Shown: positions 38,081 to 49,656 of the stretch, in pieces
How the letters are laid out: each line of letters opens with the position of its first letter
How positions within the stretch are numbered: position 1 is the stretch's first letter
Assembly: GCA_028289135.1 (NCBI GenBank)
Contig: JAQGGW010000008.1
Coordinates: forward strand, 98,385-162,384
Direction: 5' to 3'
Origin: Candidatus Saccharimonadota bacterium
GTDB taxonomy: Bacteria > Patescibacteriota > Saccharimonadia > Saccharimonadales > JACDBH01
Length of the DNA: 64,000 nucleotides
Translations under genes and position numbers: made by a program
Notes under the pieces: generated by a model
What the model was told of the DNA's origin: nothing
Database searches by the model: none
What the model saw: only the letters and a program-made list of their open reading frames with translations

Positions 38081-38476
38081 ATGGATATGCCTCAAACAGA
38101 AGATGAATGGAAAGCAAAGCTGACACCTGAGCAGTATGCTGTTTTGCGCGAAAAGGGGACAGACGCGCCTTTTAGCGGGGCATTGGTTAACAACCACGAC
38201 ACTGGCGATTATATGTGCGCGGCTTGCGGCTCTAAGCTGTTTGACAGCACGACAAAGTTTGAAAGCGGCAGCGGCTGGCCAAGTTTTTATGACCCAGCAA
38301 ACAAAGACGCCGTTAAACTAATCGAAGACAACAGCCTGGGCATGAGCCGCACCGAAGTTGTCTGCGCCACCTGCGGCGGGCACCTTGGGCACTTGTTTAA
38401 CGACGCCTACGATCAGCCAACGGGCAACCGCTTTTGCATGAATTCCACCTCGCTCGCATTTAAACCAAAATCGTAA
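38081..38476 (+). CDS. msrB: Peptide-methionine (R)-S-oxide reductase
   Basis: LTPEQY.VLR.KGT, GWPSF, HLGHLF, RFCMNS. Confidence 0.96.
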   Translation: MDMPQTEDEWKAKLTPEQYAVLREKGTDAPFSGALVNNHDTGDYMCAACGSKLFDSTTKFESGSGWPSFYDPANKDAVKLIEDNSLGMSRTEVVCATCGGHLGHLFNDAYDQPTGNRFCMNSTSLAFKPKS

Positions 38477-38491
38477 ATAAAGGGGGCGCTT

Positions 38492-38866
38492 ATGATAATA
38501 ACCACCGAAGAAGATGGCTTGTGCGTTATACTCCATGGGCGCGAGCAGCTGTGGGCCCTGCGTGCAAAGCTCCAGATTAACAGGGATGATATTCTTAATA
38601 TCAGCTTTGTGGGTATGTTTGACGACTGGCGTAAATGGGAAGTCCGGATGCCTGGGGCAAGCATTCCTGGGCGCCTTTTGGCAGGGTCGTACTGGACAGA
38701 AGAAGGCTGGGATTTTGTGTATGTCGTTAACCCGCGCGGGTTTGTAAAACCAAAGGCCGACAACGTTTTGGTCATAGAAACCGACCAAACCCGGTACAAG
38801 CGGATAATTTTGAGCTATGATACGGCGGAAGCAAAAAGGATAGTGGCGTGGTGGAAGAAAAAGTAA
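38492..38866 (+). CDS. Hypothetical protein
   Basis: ORF in operon-like position; RMPG...AGSY motif. Confidence 0.6.
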   Translation: MIITTEEDGLCVILHGREQLWALRAKLQINRDDILNISFVGMFDDWRKWEVRMPGASIPGRLLAGSYWTEEGWDFVYVVNPRGFVKPKADNVLVIETDQTRYKRIILSYDTAEAKRIVAWWKKK

Positions 38867-40140
38867 AACTAGACATGGACGATAGTTGGAACGCTGCCGT
38901 TGATAGGAAGCCGTTGCCAGTTAAAAAAAATCGTAAAAAGTTAATTTTGGCACTTGTTGTGGCTATTGTTTTAGTTGGTTTTGGGGCAGCGTTCATCCTT
39001 CATAAAAAGCCCGCATTAAAAACTGCTGGCAAAACAAATAACACCTCAAAAGTTATTGCGGACAAGCATGCGAACCGTATCCGTGTGCTGATGGCGGGGG
39101 ACTTTATCGCACATGATTCCATTAACTCCCAGGCCAAGCAGGCAAATGGAACTTATGACTACCTCCCAATGATCAAAGACTTTACGCCCATTTTTAGCGC
39201 GGCGGACATCCGTTTTTGCCATGACGCCAACCTCAACGGCGGGGCGGCTTTTACGATTGCCGGCTATCCAAAGTTTAACTCTCCGACCGAATTTGCCCGA
39301 GACATGGGCAAAGTTGGCTGCAATATTGTCGCCACTGGCAGCAACCATAGTTTTGACCGTAACCAAGCCGCAATCGACGCGTCTATTGATGCCTGGGAAC
39401 AGTCGCCTAACACCTTGGCGGTTGTTGGGCAGAACCATGACCAGGCCGCCCACGACGCGGTTAATTATTTTAGCGTAAAAGGGGTTAAATTTGCCTTTTT
39501 GGCCTATACGACCTACCTAAACACCGACGCGCCGGCTCAAAACGGCTACGGCGTAAATGTATTCAGCCAGGATTATGCGGCCAAGCAAATCAAAACCGCC
39601 AAGGACAATGGCGCGAAGATTATCATCACAAGCATCAGGTGGGGGACGGAGTATTCAGCCGATGTTTCTGCCTCGCAAAAGACCACTGCCCAGTTTTTGG
39701 CTGACCAAGGGGTCGACCTGATTATAGGCCATGGCTCACATGTTTTGGAGCCAGCGGCCCAGCTTACTGGCGCCGGCGGAAAAAAGTCCTTGGTTTGGTA
39801 CAGCATTGGCAACTTTTTAAACACCCAGGAGCCAGCCGAGACACTATTTAACGGCTTGCCGGTTGTCGATTTTGATAAGGATACGCTAGAAATTACCAAC
39901 ATGCAGTTTTTGCCAATCTACCAGCATTACGAATGGACTGCGGCACAGGCCAAGGCCGATGACATCGCTGCCAGGACAAACATTCATATGTACCTGCTAG
40001 AAAACGCTACCCAGGCTATGATTGATTCCCAACAGCTTAAGACTACTGTCCAGGCCCAAAAAGACCGCATTATGAACACGCTTAACTCCGACGGCCTCAC
40101 AATTCCGCTCATTACGTCTAAAACATATTACGAAGAATAG
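38848..40140 (+). CDS. CapA/PGA_cap family metallophosphoesterase, membrane anchored
   Basis: AGD, SNHSFD, WGTEY, IIGHGSHV, YSIGNF; start may be 38875. Confidence 0.85.
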   Translation: MVEEKVKLDMDDSWNAAVDRKPLPVKKNRKKLILALVVAIVLVGFGAAFILHKKPALKTAGKTNNTSKVIADKHANRIRVLMAGDFIAHDSINSQAKQANGTYDYLPMIKDFTPIFSAADIRFCHDANLNGGAAFTIAGYPKFNSPTEFARDMGKVGCNIVATGSNHSFDRNQAAIDASIDAWEQSPNTLAVVGQNHDQAAHDAVNYFSVKGVKFAFLAYTTYLNTDAPAQNGYGVNVFSQDYAAKQIKTAKDNGAKIIITSIRWGTEYSADVSASQKTTAQFLADQGVDLIIGHGSHVLEPAAQLTGAGGKKSLVWYSIGNFLNTQEPAETLFNGLPVVDFDKDTLEITNMQFLPIYQHYEWTAAQAKADDIAARTNIHMYLLENATQAMIDSQQLKTTVQAQKDRIMNTLNSDGLTIPLITSKTYYEE

Positions 40141-40886
40141 CTTGGCGCAGCACCAAGGCTAAAGAATTCTTCTAGGGTTTCGATCTTTTCTTTGTGCATT
40201 TCGTTAGAAAGTGCGGTGCCAACGTAGCGTACATGCCATGGCTCGTATGTATAACCAGTAACTGGCACTTTGTCAGAGGTGTAGCGGATAATAAAACCGT
40301 ATTTGTAAGCATTTGCGGCCAGCCACACTCCTTCTGGCAGTTGGGCAAAGCACACGTCCACGTCGCATTTTTCGCTGGCCGGTTCAATATCAGCCGCCAA
40401 GCCGCTTTGGTGTTCGCTATATCCTGGCCGGGCACTGGTTTTGTCGGCTTCGGCAACGCTACTGCTGGCGACATAGCCGTTATATAGCCCCACCTGGTAT
40501 TGGTAAGACCTGTAGCCGCTGGACAGCATAAGGTTCAGGCCGTCCGCCTTTGCAGCTGCAAACATCATCTCAAGCGCCGTAGCGGTAACTTTGCGGACCT
40601 GCATGCTATCGTTGCCAGGAACGCGCAGAGGCACATTCGGGATCACTAGATCAGCCGGTACGTAGCTAACAGGGTTAATGGGGCGGTGTTTATTAACAAC
40701 CATCCAGATGCTTGCGGGGTCGCTTGTGGAAAATTGCTTTTTATCAAAAACGGGAGCCGTGCTGGCTTTTGGCGTAACCGGAACGAGTTCTTTTTTATCA
40801 TGCCGGATAATAAAGGTGCGGACGCCAATGCCTATCACCAGGAGGAATAAAACGATGCCTAAAAGCTTCAAAAATCTCTTTACCAT
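40128..40886 (-). CDS. M15B D-Ala-D-Ala carboxypeptidase (VanY-like)
   Basis: SGYRSY..Q, SARPGYSEHQSGLAAD, YEPWHVRY. Confidence 0.92.
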   Translation of the reverse strand: MVKRFLKLLGIVLFLLVIGIGVRTFIIRHDKKELVPVTPKASTAPVFDKKQFSTSDPASIWMVVNKHRPINPVSYVPADLVIPNVPLRVPGNDSMQVRKVTATALEMMFAAAKADGLNLMLSSGYRSYQYQVGLYNGYVASSSVAEADKTSARPGYSEHQSGLAADIEPASEKCDVDVCFAQLPEGVWLAANAYKYGFIIRYTSDKVPVTGYTYEPWHVRYVGTALSNEMHKEKIETLEEFFSLGAAPSYSS

Positions 40887-40910
40887 ACATCTAGTGTACA
40901 ATATTTTCAG

Positions 40911-41477
40911 ATGAGTAAAGATTTAGCGCCGCCAACCAAGCTCCTATGGATGGATCTTGAGTTTACCGATTTTGACTATCCAAACGCCTGTGTCCTGGAG
41001 GTTTCGGTTGAAGTTACGGACTTTAATTTTGTAACGCTCGGCAATTACGAGGCGCGTATTAAGAACAACCCCGAAAAGCTCGTCCAGCGCTTCAAAGTCA
41101 ATTCGTGGTGGCAGGACTTTGTACATAACAGGGACGATTTTATAAATAACAACGACAGCGGTAAGCCCGTAAAACAGGTAGAAAAAGAACTGCTGGCATT
41201 TGTTGATCAGCATTTTGGTAGCGAACCCGCTATTTTAGCCGGCAATTCGATCCATTCGGACCGCGGGGTGATTAAGGCGCACTGGCCGCTATTGGACCTA
41301 AAGCTTCATTACCGGATGCTTGACGTTACAAGCCTCAAAATCTTGATGCAGGGCAAATACGGGGTCGAATATGACAAGAAAAACACCCACCGCGCTTACG
41401 ATGACATCCAAGCTAGCATTGCCGAGCTACAATACTACCTCGACTGGTTTTCTGATAGTGGTAAGAATCCGTCCTAA
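40911..41477 (+). CDS. orn: Oligoribonuclease
   Basis: WMDLE, LAGNSIHSDR, HYRMLDV, HRAYDDI..SI.EL..Y. Confidence 0.9.
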   Translation: MSKDLAPPTKLLWMDLEFTDFDYPNACVLEVSVEVTDFNFVTLGNYEARIKNNPEKLVQRFKVNSWWQDFVHNRDDFINNNDSGKPVKQVEKELLAFVDQHFGSEPAILAGNSIHSDRGVIKAHWPLLDLKLHYRMLDVTSLKILMQGKYGVEYDKKNTHRAYDDIQASIAELQYYLDWFSDSGKNPS

Positions 41478-41487
41478 GCTCTAGTTT

Positions 41488-42450
41488 TTATGAACTAATT
41501 GCCTGCATTGCAACTTGCTTAGCTAGTTCAAGTACTTTGTCGCTGGCTTTATCTAAAATCTCCCTATTTGATCTTACTAACACGCGTTCATTATCGTCAC
41601 TGCTGCTTCGGGCACGATTTGAAGTATCTAAATAATCTTCGTATGTACCCCTAATCTCAGGTTTGTTTTTAATTCTTCGGTATCTGTTAAAAGTTTCTTT
41701 AGTAAATATCAGGGGACGAGTACCTAGTAGATTATCCATCATAATAAATAGTTTTCCTCTGCAGCCTGGCTGCTCTAATTCTCTTAAAGCAAGCCCAATA
41801 AAGTGGTCGCGTAGTTCAGCAGAATCTTCTTCAGATATATAGCTGCCAATTGTATGGGAATCTTCGCTATCAAGCATTTCATTACCGAAGTAAGTTTTCT
41901 GCAGGCTAGCTCTAATCTTTGCTTGCTCACTTGAATCGGCCATTTCATGTATAGCAGCATTCCAGCCTAATGCATGACGGGGTACTGAGCCTATATCTAC
42001 AAGTTCATCGTTGGTAGCTACCAATGCAGAAACGGCTTTTGTCATGAGCTCCGATGTAGTTATTCTAGAGCAAAGCTCATCATGTGTGGGAGAAAAAAGA
42101 CGTTCAGCACCAGTTTGGTCCCGGGGTAGTGCATACCAACTTGCACGAACTATACTTCCGCCAATTAATAAACTGCGGATGTCATCGCCACCGTACTTCC
42201 ATACAACATCGCGAATTTCCCTTCCGTGCGGATGCCAATTGACGCCCATTTCACCTACATTACTTCTAAAGACTTGCCTGCCTTCAAGTTCGTAGCCAAC
42301 TGATACCTTTTCAAGTTCTGCTCCTGTAAAAGCTAATTTACCAAATAGCTCTTGTTGGCTTGAGGGCGGAATACCGTAATTTTCTAATACTATTTCTTGA
42401 AATATTGGAAAACCTGCTACTAACGTTTTACCTTCATATGCTGCTTTCAT
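41488..42450 (-). CDS. Orphan hypothetical protein
   Basis: 320-aa ORF, visibly AT-richer than its neighbours. Confidence 0.65.
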   Translation of the reverse strand: MKAAYEGKTLVAGFPIFQEIVLENYGIPPSSQQELFGKLAFTGAELEKVSVGYELEGRQVFRSNVGEMGVNWHPHGREIRDVVWKYGGDDIRSLLIGGSIVRASWYALPRDQTGAERLFSPTHDELCSRITTSELMTKAVSALVATNDELVDIGSVPRHALGWNAAIHEMADSSEQAKIRASLQKTYFGNEMLDSEDSHTIGSYISEEDSAELRDHFIGLALRELEQPGCRGKLFIMMDNLLGTRPLIFTKETFNRYRRIKNKPEIRGTYEDYLDTSNRARSSSDDNERVLVRSNREILDKASDKVLELAKQVAMQAISS

Positions 42451-42587
42451 TTAATGAATCCTTTTATAAGTTTTATATGATTTTACTTGCGTAACCGGGC
42501 AATAGTAACAATGCTCGGCAACGATAACAATAAGAAATGGCAACAAAAAATTGACAAAATTAACTACGTAATTAATAATAATGGCTT

Positions 42588-43349
42588 ATGAAAGATGACA
42601 ATACTACATTTTTAGCACTCTTAAGCCAGCTTGGTTTAAGAGAGGCAGAAGCTGAAACTTATAAAGCACTTTTAGAGCTTGAAGCTGTGTCTATCCGCAA
42701 GGTCGCAGACGTTACGGGAATCAACCGTGGTACTACCTATGAAATTATCAAAAGGCTGGTGACTATAGGACTTGCAAACGTACGTCAAAGCGGCCAGCGC
42801 GAATATTATTCTGCCGAATCGCCTGAAAAGATATACCATTTAATCCAGGAAAAACGAAAGGATTTATGGCATGCACAGCAGCTTGCCAAGGAGGTCATAC
42901 CGGAACTTATGGCCGAAAAGGCACGTCCACAAGGCCGCCCTTTGGTACGCTATTATGAAGATGACGAAGGCATCGTTACAATTTTAAAAGATGTACTGCA
43001 AACCTGCGCGCTTATGGAAAACCCGGAATATTATGTTTATTCGTCCCGGCCACTGCGCCAGTATATGTACCGCAAATTCCCGCAATTTACCCAGCGTCGT
43101 ATAGACGAAGGTATAAACGTAAAAGTCATCGCAGTAGGTGAGGGAGGCAATAAAGTAGATGCATCAGAGCGTAAATGGCTTCCCGAACCAACGAAAGCCG
43201 GTATATCGAGCTACGTTTTGATTTATGGTAATAAAGTCGCTAATATTTCGATTTCGAACGACTACACACCATATGGAGTAGTTATCGAGGACGCAGGCGT
43301 AGCATCCATGCAGCGGTTGTTGTTCGAGCAGCTTTGGGGAGTAATTTAG
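42588..43349 (+). CDS. TrmB family transcriptional regulator
   Basis: LGL...EAETY.ALL...GINRGTTY winged HTH; IYGNKVA; FEQLW. Confidence 0.88.
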   Translation: MKDDNTTFLALLSQLGLREAEAETYKALLELEAVSIRKVADVTGINRGTTYEIIKRLVTIGLANVRQSGQREYYSAESPEKIYHLIQEKRKDLWHAQQLAKEVIPELMAEKARPQGRPLVRYYEDDEGIVTILKDVLQTCALMENPEYYVYSSRPLRQYMYRKFPQFTQRRIDEGINVKVIAVGEGGNKVDASERKWLPEPTKAGISSYVLIYGNKVANISISNDYTPYGVVIEDAGVASMQRLLFEQLWGVI

Positions 43350-43447
43350 CCCATAGGCTTGCGTTTGGCTAAAATGCGCAGTGCTGAGATCTTTGCGTTT
43401 AAACGCCTAAGCTTGCATGCGGGCTTTGGTGATGCGAAACTTGTGGT

Positions 43448-44107
43448 ATGAAGCTTAAGGCAGTTGTTTTTGATTTTGACGGCACATTGCTCAACACTTT
43501 TGAGCATATTGTTAGAGCCTTTGAAGTGGTGTTGCCAAAATATGGGGTCAAGCCAGACCGCGAAGCCATCCGCCGTGTGATAGGCATGACACTTATAGAT
43601 TGCTACAAGACGCTTGTGCCCAATGGCGACCATGAAGCAATGAAAAAGCTGCATCACGAAACCCAGCAAACACCCGAAATGTATGAGCTGATATTGGCTT
43701 ACGACAACTTACGTGAAACATTAGAAACTTTGCGAGAACAGGGTATTAAACTTGCCGTACAAACTAATCGGGGCCGTAAATCTGTTGATTTGATATTTGC
43801 GCATATTGGCCTAGCTGATCTATTTGATTATGTTATGACGGCCGATGAAATTGACAATCCTAAACCGGATCCGAAAGGTCTAATATTTATAGCCAAAGAA
43901 TTTTCTATTAAAACAAGTGAAATGGTTATGGTCGGCGATATGCCCATAGATGTAAAAACAGGGCAGAATGCCGGTGTGGCAGCAATTATTGGCATGACGC
44001 ACGGTTTTGGGACACGAGCGGAGCTTGAATCCGCCGGAGCAAGCTACATTTTAGATTCGTTTGCGGGGCTTCCATCTGTTATAACTAGACTACAGGAGAA
44101 GAAGTGA
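43448..44107 (+). CDS. HAD-IA phosphatase (Gph/PpaX-like)
   Basis: FDFDGTL, TN, KPDP, VGD..D. Confidence 0.9.
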   Translation: MKLKAVVFDFDGTLLNTFEHIVRAFEVVLPKYGVKPDREAIRRVIGMTLIDCYKTLVPNGDHEAMKKLHHETQQTPEMYELILAYDNLRETLETLREQGIKLAVQTNRGRKSVDLIFAHIGLADLFDYVMTADEIDNPKPDPKGLIFIAKEFSIKTSEMVMVGDMPIDVKTGQNAGVAAIIGMTHGFGTRAELESAGASYILDSFAGLPSVITRLQEKK

Positions 44108-44427
44108 TGGACCACAAAACCGTAGAAGATTATATTTTATCAATGCCCAACTCGCGGCTCGACTACCCATTTGGCGAAGGGGTAGGGGTCTATAAAACTG
44201 GCGACAAAATGTTCGCACTTATTTCTGAAGACAAAAAACCGCTGCAAATTAGCCTAAAATGCGACCCCCAGCTGGCTATTACGCTCCGCGAAAAATACGA
44301 AACGGTGCTCGAGGGCTACCATCTTAACAAAAAGCACTGGAACACCATTTTACTAACGGGCCAGCTGCCTTGGGAAGAAGTCCAGGGGCTGATTTTGCAC
44401 AGCTATAACTTAGTTGCTGGAATCTAG
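44104..44427 (+). CDS. MmcQ/YjbR family protein
   Basis: DYPFG, KMFA, LKCDP, GYHLNKKHWN. Confidence 0.9.
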   Translation: MMDHKTVEDYILSMPNSRLDYPFGEGVGVYKTGDKMFALISEDKKPLQISLKCDPQLAITLREKYETVLEGYHLNKKHWNTILLTGQLPWEEVQGLILHSYNLVAGI

Positions 44428-44430
44428 GCT

Positions 44431-45069
44431 TTATTTTAATAAGCTGACGGTGTTTTTGTAACTGTCACTTAATGATGCTTTGATCTCGGGGCTGCTTACG
44501 CTTTGGTAGCTTTTCTTAAGATCTTTTGCGTACGTTACAAGGCTCTCCTGCAGAGTTGCCTTAAAAACCGTGACATAGTTGCCATTTGTGGTGGCAGCAG
44601 CAAGGGCGGCATCTGTTTTCTTGTTGAGCTTGCCATTTAGGACTACAGGCAAAATAACGATATTTTTTTGCTTAAGAAATTTTACGAGTGCCTGCTGCTC
44701 TGAGCTTATGGTTGACTCGGTGGTTGTTGCCCATGACTGTGTTTCCAGGTCACCTGCAGCACCCGCATAACCCAGGTTTGCCACCCGTATAATCTCCTGT
44801 TGTTCGGCCACGATATCTGTCAGCTGGGACGTAACTTGTTTGCTGGAGCGTGAAAGAAGAGAAGAAATCAAGATAATGGCAGCAATAACTACTGCTGCAC
44901 CGCCAACAATCACCAAAAGCCGTGAACGTAGCGATCCCGTTTTTAGCATCTGTTTTTTAGGTGGCTTTGGAGCATTCATAATGAAATGATAAGGGTTTTT
45001 TGGCTCCGCTGGGGGAGGCGGTTGGTTAGCGGGCGGCACAGTGCCCGGATTTAGATTGTTCGGATCCAT
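44431..45069 (-). CDS. Hypothetical single-TM protein
   Basis: Pro-rich N-terminus, NPY.FIM motif, TM, helical domain; start set at ATG 45069. Confidence 0.7.
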   Translation of the reverse strand: MDPNNLNPGTVPPANQPPPPAEPKNPYHFIMNAPKPPKKQMLKTGSLRSRLLVIVGGAAVVIAAIILISSLLSRSSKQVTSQLTDIVAEQQEIIRVANLGYAGAAGDLETQSWATTTESTISSEQQALVKFLKQKNIVILPVVLNGKLNKKTDAALAAATTNGNYVTVFKATLQESLVTYAKDLKKSYQSVSSPEIKASLSDSYKNTVSLLK

Positions 45070-45174
45070 ATTGCTATTAGCATAACAAATATAGCTTCCC
45101 TGAGCCAGTTGGAGAGCAATGTAATCCCCAGAGAGGAGCTTGCAAGCTGTCCAAGGTGATGCCACACTGTTAGT

Positions 45175-46935
45175 ATGGATGCAGTTTCAGAGGTAAAGGC
45201 CAGGCTATCTATCGAGGACGTTGTGGCGGAATACGTCCAGCTTAAACGCGCCGGCCGGAACTATAAAGGCCTGAGCCCATTCGGCAACGAAAAGACGCCA
45301 AGCTTTGTGGTCAGCCCCGAAAAACAGATATGGCACGACTTTAGCAGCGGCAAGGGCGGGGATATGTTTACTTTTATCCAAGAAGTTGAAGGCCTGGATT
45401 TTAAAGAAACCCTGGAGCTTTTGGCTAGAAAAGCCGGTGTGGATATGGAGCAGTTTAAAGGACAGACTAAGAGCAACAGCAAGCAAAAAGACCGTCTTTA
45501 TGAAGTACTAGACCTTAGCGCCAAGTTTTACCAAGCCCAGCTGCGGGGCAGCAAAACGGCGCTTGAATATTTGCTTAAAACTCGGGCGTTTACCAAAGAA
45601 ACGGTGCTTAAATTCCGCCTTGGCTACTCGCCAAACACCGGCGATGCCTTAATTAACTTCTTAAAATCAAAAAACTATACCCAGGAAGAAGCATCGGCGG
45701 CAGGTTTGATTACTCAGCGTTATAACGGCTGGGGCGACATGTTTAGGGGTCGGGTAATGGTGCCGCTGAGCGATGCCCAAGGCCGGGTAGTGGGATTTAC
45801 CGCCAGAATATTAGAAGACAACCCCGACGCGCCAAAATACATAAATACACCGAGCACTTTGCTTTATGACAAAGGCCGGCAGGCTTATGGGCTGCACTTG
45901 GCCAAAGAAGCTATTCGCAAGCAAAAATTTGGCGTGGTGGTGGAAGGCAACTTGGATGTGATTGCCAGCCATCAGGCAGGGATCGAAAACGTCGTGGCCG
46001 CCGCCGGGACAGCGTTAACAGAGGCGCATTTAAAAGACCTTGGCCGTTATGCGCCGGATATCCGGTTTGCTTTTGATAGCGACAAAGCTGGCATTGCCGC
46101 CACCGAGCGAGCCATCCCGTTGGCCCAAAAAGTGGGGGTAAACGTTAGCATAATCACCATCCCAGGCGGTAAAGACCCTGACGAGCTGGTGCGCAAAGAT
46201 CCAAAGCTTTGGCAGGACGCAATTGAACACCATCAGTACGCTGTCGATTGGCTGATTGAGCGCTATAAAGGTCTGCTGGACATAGAGTCAGGGCAGGGTA
46301 AGCGCCAGTTTACCGATGTTGTTTTGCAAATCATTCGCGGGCTGTCAGACAAGGTTGAACAAGATCACTACTTGGGAGAATTAGCTAAAAGCATTGGTGT
46401 CAGCAAAGAGGCAATGGCCGCCAAATTAACCGAACAAGCCAAAGAAATCCGCCCTATTAGGCTAAAAAAACCCGTTGCAAGTGTTCAGACAGAAACTAAA
46501 GAAACAGTTGAGCGGCGCAAAAGCGAACAGCGCCTGTTGTCACTGCTTTTAATGCAGCCAAAACTGCGCGTTGAGGCCCAAATGATTCGTCCGCAGATGC
46601 TAACCAGCCCCGAAGCCCAGGAGCTTTTAAACTTTTTGGCTGAGCATCCAGACTTTGAGAACGCCACCAAAGACATCCAGGAGTTGCAATCTATCGCGGA
46701 TTATGTAAAAATTACAGTATTACAGTTTGAAGAACTCTACCGGAACCTCGAGTATATAGAACTTCATAATGAAGTCACTCGGTTGCAGGAACGCTTGGTG
46801 GACATGTATGTCAAAGATCAAAAACAACGCGTCCGTAAGGCTATGGAAACAGCCTCAGACACTGATACGCGGAAACTCTTGGAAGCCGACAAACGGCTCA
46901 ACGACTTATTAAAGCAAGCGAAGGAGCACGCCTAA
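45175..46935 (+). CDS. dnaG: DNA primase
   Basis: PF.NEKTPSF, KYINTP, VEG.LD, FD.D.AG TOPRIM, GKDPD. Confidence 0.96.
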   Translation: MDAVSEVKARLSIEDVVAEYVQLKRAGRNYKGLSPFGNEKTPSFVVSPEKQIWHDFSSGKGGDMFTFIQEVEGLDFKETLELLARKAGVDMEQFKGQTKSNSKQKDRLYEVLDLSAKFYQAQLRGSKTALEYLLKTRAFTKETVLKFRLGYSPNTGDALINFLKSKNYTQEEASAAGLITQRYNGWGDMFRGRVMVPLSDAQGRVVGFTARILEDNPDAPKYINTPSTLLYDKGRQAYGLHLAKEAIRKQKFGVVVEGNLDVIASHQAGIENVVAAAGTALTEAHLKDLGRYAPDIRFAFDSDKAGIAATERAIPLAQKVGVNVSIITIPGGKDPDELVRKDPKLWQDAIEHHQYAVDWLIERYKGLLDIESGQGKRQFTDVVLQIIRGLSDKVEQDHYLGELAKSIGVSKEAMAAKLTEQAKEIRPIRLKKPVASVQTETKETVERRKSEQRLLSLLLMQPKLRVEAQMIRPQMLTSPEAQELLNFLAEHPDFENATKDIQELQSIADYVKITVLQFEELYRNLEYIELHNEVTRLQERLVDMYVKDQKQRVRKAMETASDTDTRKLLEADKRLNDLLKQAKEHA

Positions 46936-48120
<1,185 letters not shown>

Positions 48121-48122
48121 CT

Positions 48123-49127
48123 TTAGGCGGCTTGAGCTAATGCTTGGACGAGGTATTCTTCGGGCATTTCTGCAATAATTTGCAAACGTCTTGGCATTTC
48201 TAATACTAAGCCTCGTGCGTTGTCGCGCTGTTCACGGTTCGCGTGCTTGCCATACATAATCCCGCTTAATGCTTGTTCAAGGCTATGAGCCGCTTTTTTA
48301 ATAGGTTCAGTTGCGGTGCCGGCTTCTAATTTGTTTATATTATCTTCATTGGCGATGTCAGCGACAGACGCAAACGTAAGACCAGATATATAATTTTCAA
48401 TGTTATTGTAGTGCCCATCAAGCTCAGCTTCGGCGGCATCAATTTCTTCTTTCGTGCCCGAACCAACTGCTTTTTGATATGTATGCAATAGAGTAACGCC
48501 CCGTGCCGCACAAGTTTTAAAAGCTTCTTCAGGTACTGTTGCCCAGACAAACATATGGGCGGTAAGATCATGTGAGCGATCCAGGGGTTCAGTAGCAATA
48601 AGTATATTTTCCTGGTCTAGCTCTTCAACCATAAGTTTTTGAGGGAAGTGCCCGCCGAGGAAGTCTTTATAACTCGGAGCAAAACCTGTTTCTTTTTCCA
48701 GGTAAACCATAATAGTGTTAAGCCTTTCGGTGCCTGGAGTAACCAATTCAGAAAAATTTACATTATCATGCGTAGTAATCCGATATCTAAAACCAAGTTT
48801 ATTTAATACCTTTTGAGCGATATCGTTTTTTGTGTATGACTGTTCAAAAGACATCGCATCAAGAGATAAATTATTTTCAAAAGTTAGTGTACCTTCCCCA
48901 ATTGCAGCCGATTCAATAGGCGGCAGTGTAGAGGATGGGTTGTCGATTTGTGCGGTGGCGAGTTTAAACTGCATCCCGCCATCGGGATTATGAATAATTT
49001 CTGCCTCTGTATAAACTTTATTGATTCCATACGCTTTTTGGGTAGCATAGTCGCTGCTCCAATGGATAAGCTGGGGTTCAATGGGTCTTTCGAGTGTTTG
49101 TGTTTGAGGTGCTTGTTCAGCAGACAT
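48123..49127 (-). CDS. Orphan hypothetical protein (HDxxxH motif)
   Basis: 334-aa ORF with its own TTGACT-17-TAATAT promoter. Confidence 0.65.
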   Translation of the reverse strand: MSAEQAPQTQTLERPIEPQLIHWSSDYATQKAYGINKVYTEAEIIHNPDGGMQFKLATAQIDNPSSTLPPIESAAIGEGTLTFENNLSLDAMSFEQSYTKNDIAQKVLNKLGFRYRITTHDNVNFSELVTPGTERLNTIMVYLEKETGFAPSYKDFLGGHFPQKLMVEELDQENILIATEPLDRSHDLTAHMFVWATVPEEAFKTCAARGVTLLHTYQKAVGSGTKEEIDAAEAELDGHYNNIENYISGLTFASVADIANEDNINKLEAGTATEPIKKAAHSLEQALSGIMYGKHANREQRDNARGLVLEMPRRLQIIAEMPEEYLVQALAQAA

Positions 49128-49174
49128 TAATATATATTAGCATTTTAAAGCTAAAAAGTCAACTAAGCGATCTG

Positions 49175-49582
49175 TTAGCTGTCGACAGATTGTTTTACAG
49201 AACCGCGGGTAATCAGCCCGTCAAGCCAGGCAGAGGTTGTGGCAATGTCGAGCGAATGGCGGACGGCTGAGCTGGCTTCGGCCTGCGGGGTCATTTCAAA
49301 GCCCTGCATAGTGGCGGCTTCGGTGTCGAGGTCAATAAGACTCGACGCGGCAGCGGAACGGTAGTCAAAGTGTACTTGGCCAAGGTGTCCGCTTGGGTAG
49401 CGCAGGCCGGTAATCATCAGGCGTTCTTCGGCCGAGTCATTTAAGTACAGCTCCACGCTTGTTACGGAGCGTTCCGTGCTAGTGGGCAGTATCGTATCAA
49501 TCCTCTGCAGCAGTGCCTGGAGCTCAGGGATGTTTAAGTTGCCTGGAGTAACAGGGTGGTCTGAGGTAGTTAGTGGATCCAT
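49175..49582 (-). CDS. Hypothetical protein
   Basis: ORF filling the gap. Confidence 0.55.
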   Translation of the reverse strand: MDPLTTSDHPVTPGNLNIPELQALLQRIDTILPTSTERSVTSVELYLNDSAEERLMITGLRYPSGHLGQVHFDYRSAAASSLIDLDTEAATMQGFEMTPQAEASSAVRHSLDIATTSAWLDGLITRGSVKQSVDS

Positions 49583-49656
49583 ATTTCTATTGTCTCAGTG
49601 AGTTTCGATTTTGGCAAATATCCAGGAGATCAGCAGATGAGAACGGTCACGAATGG

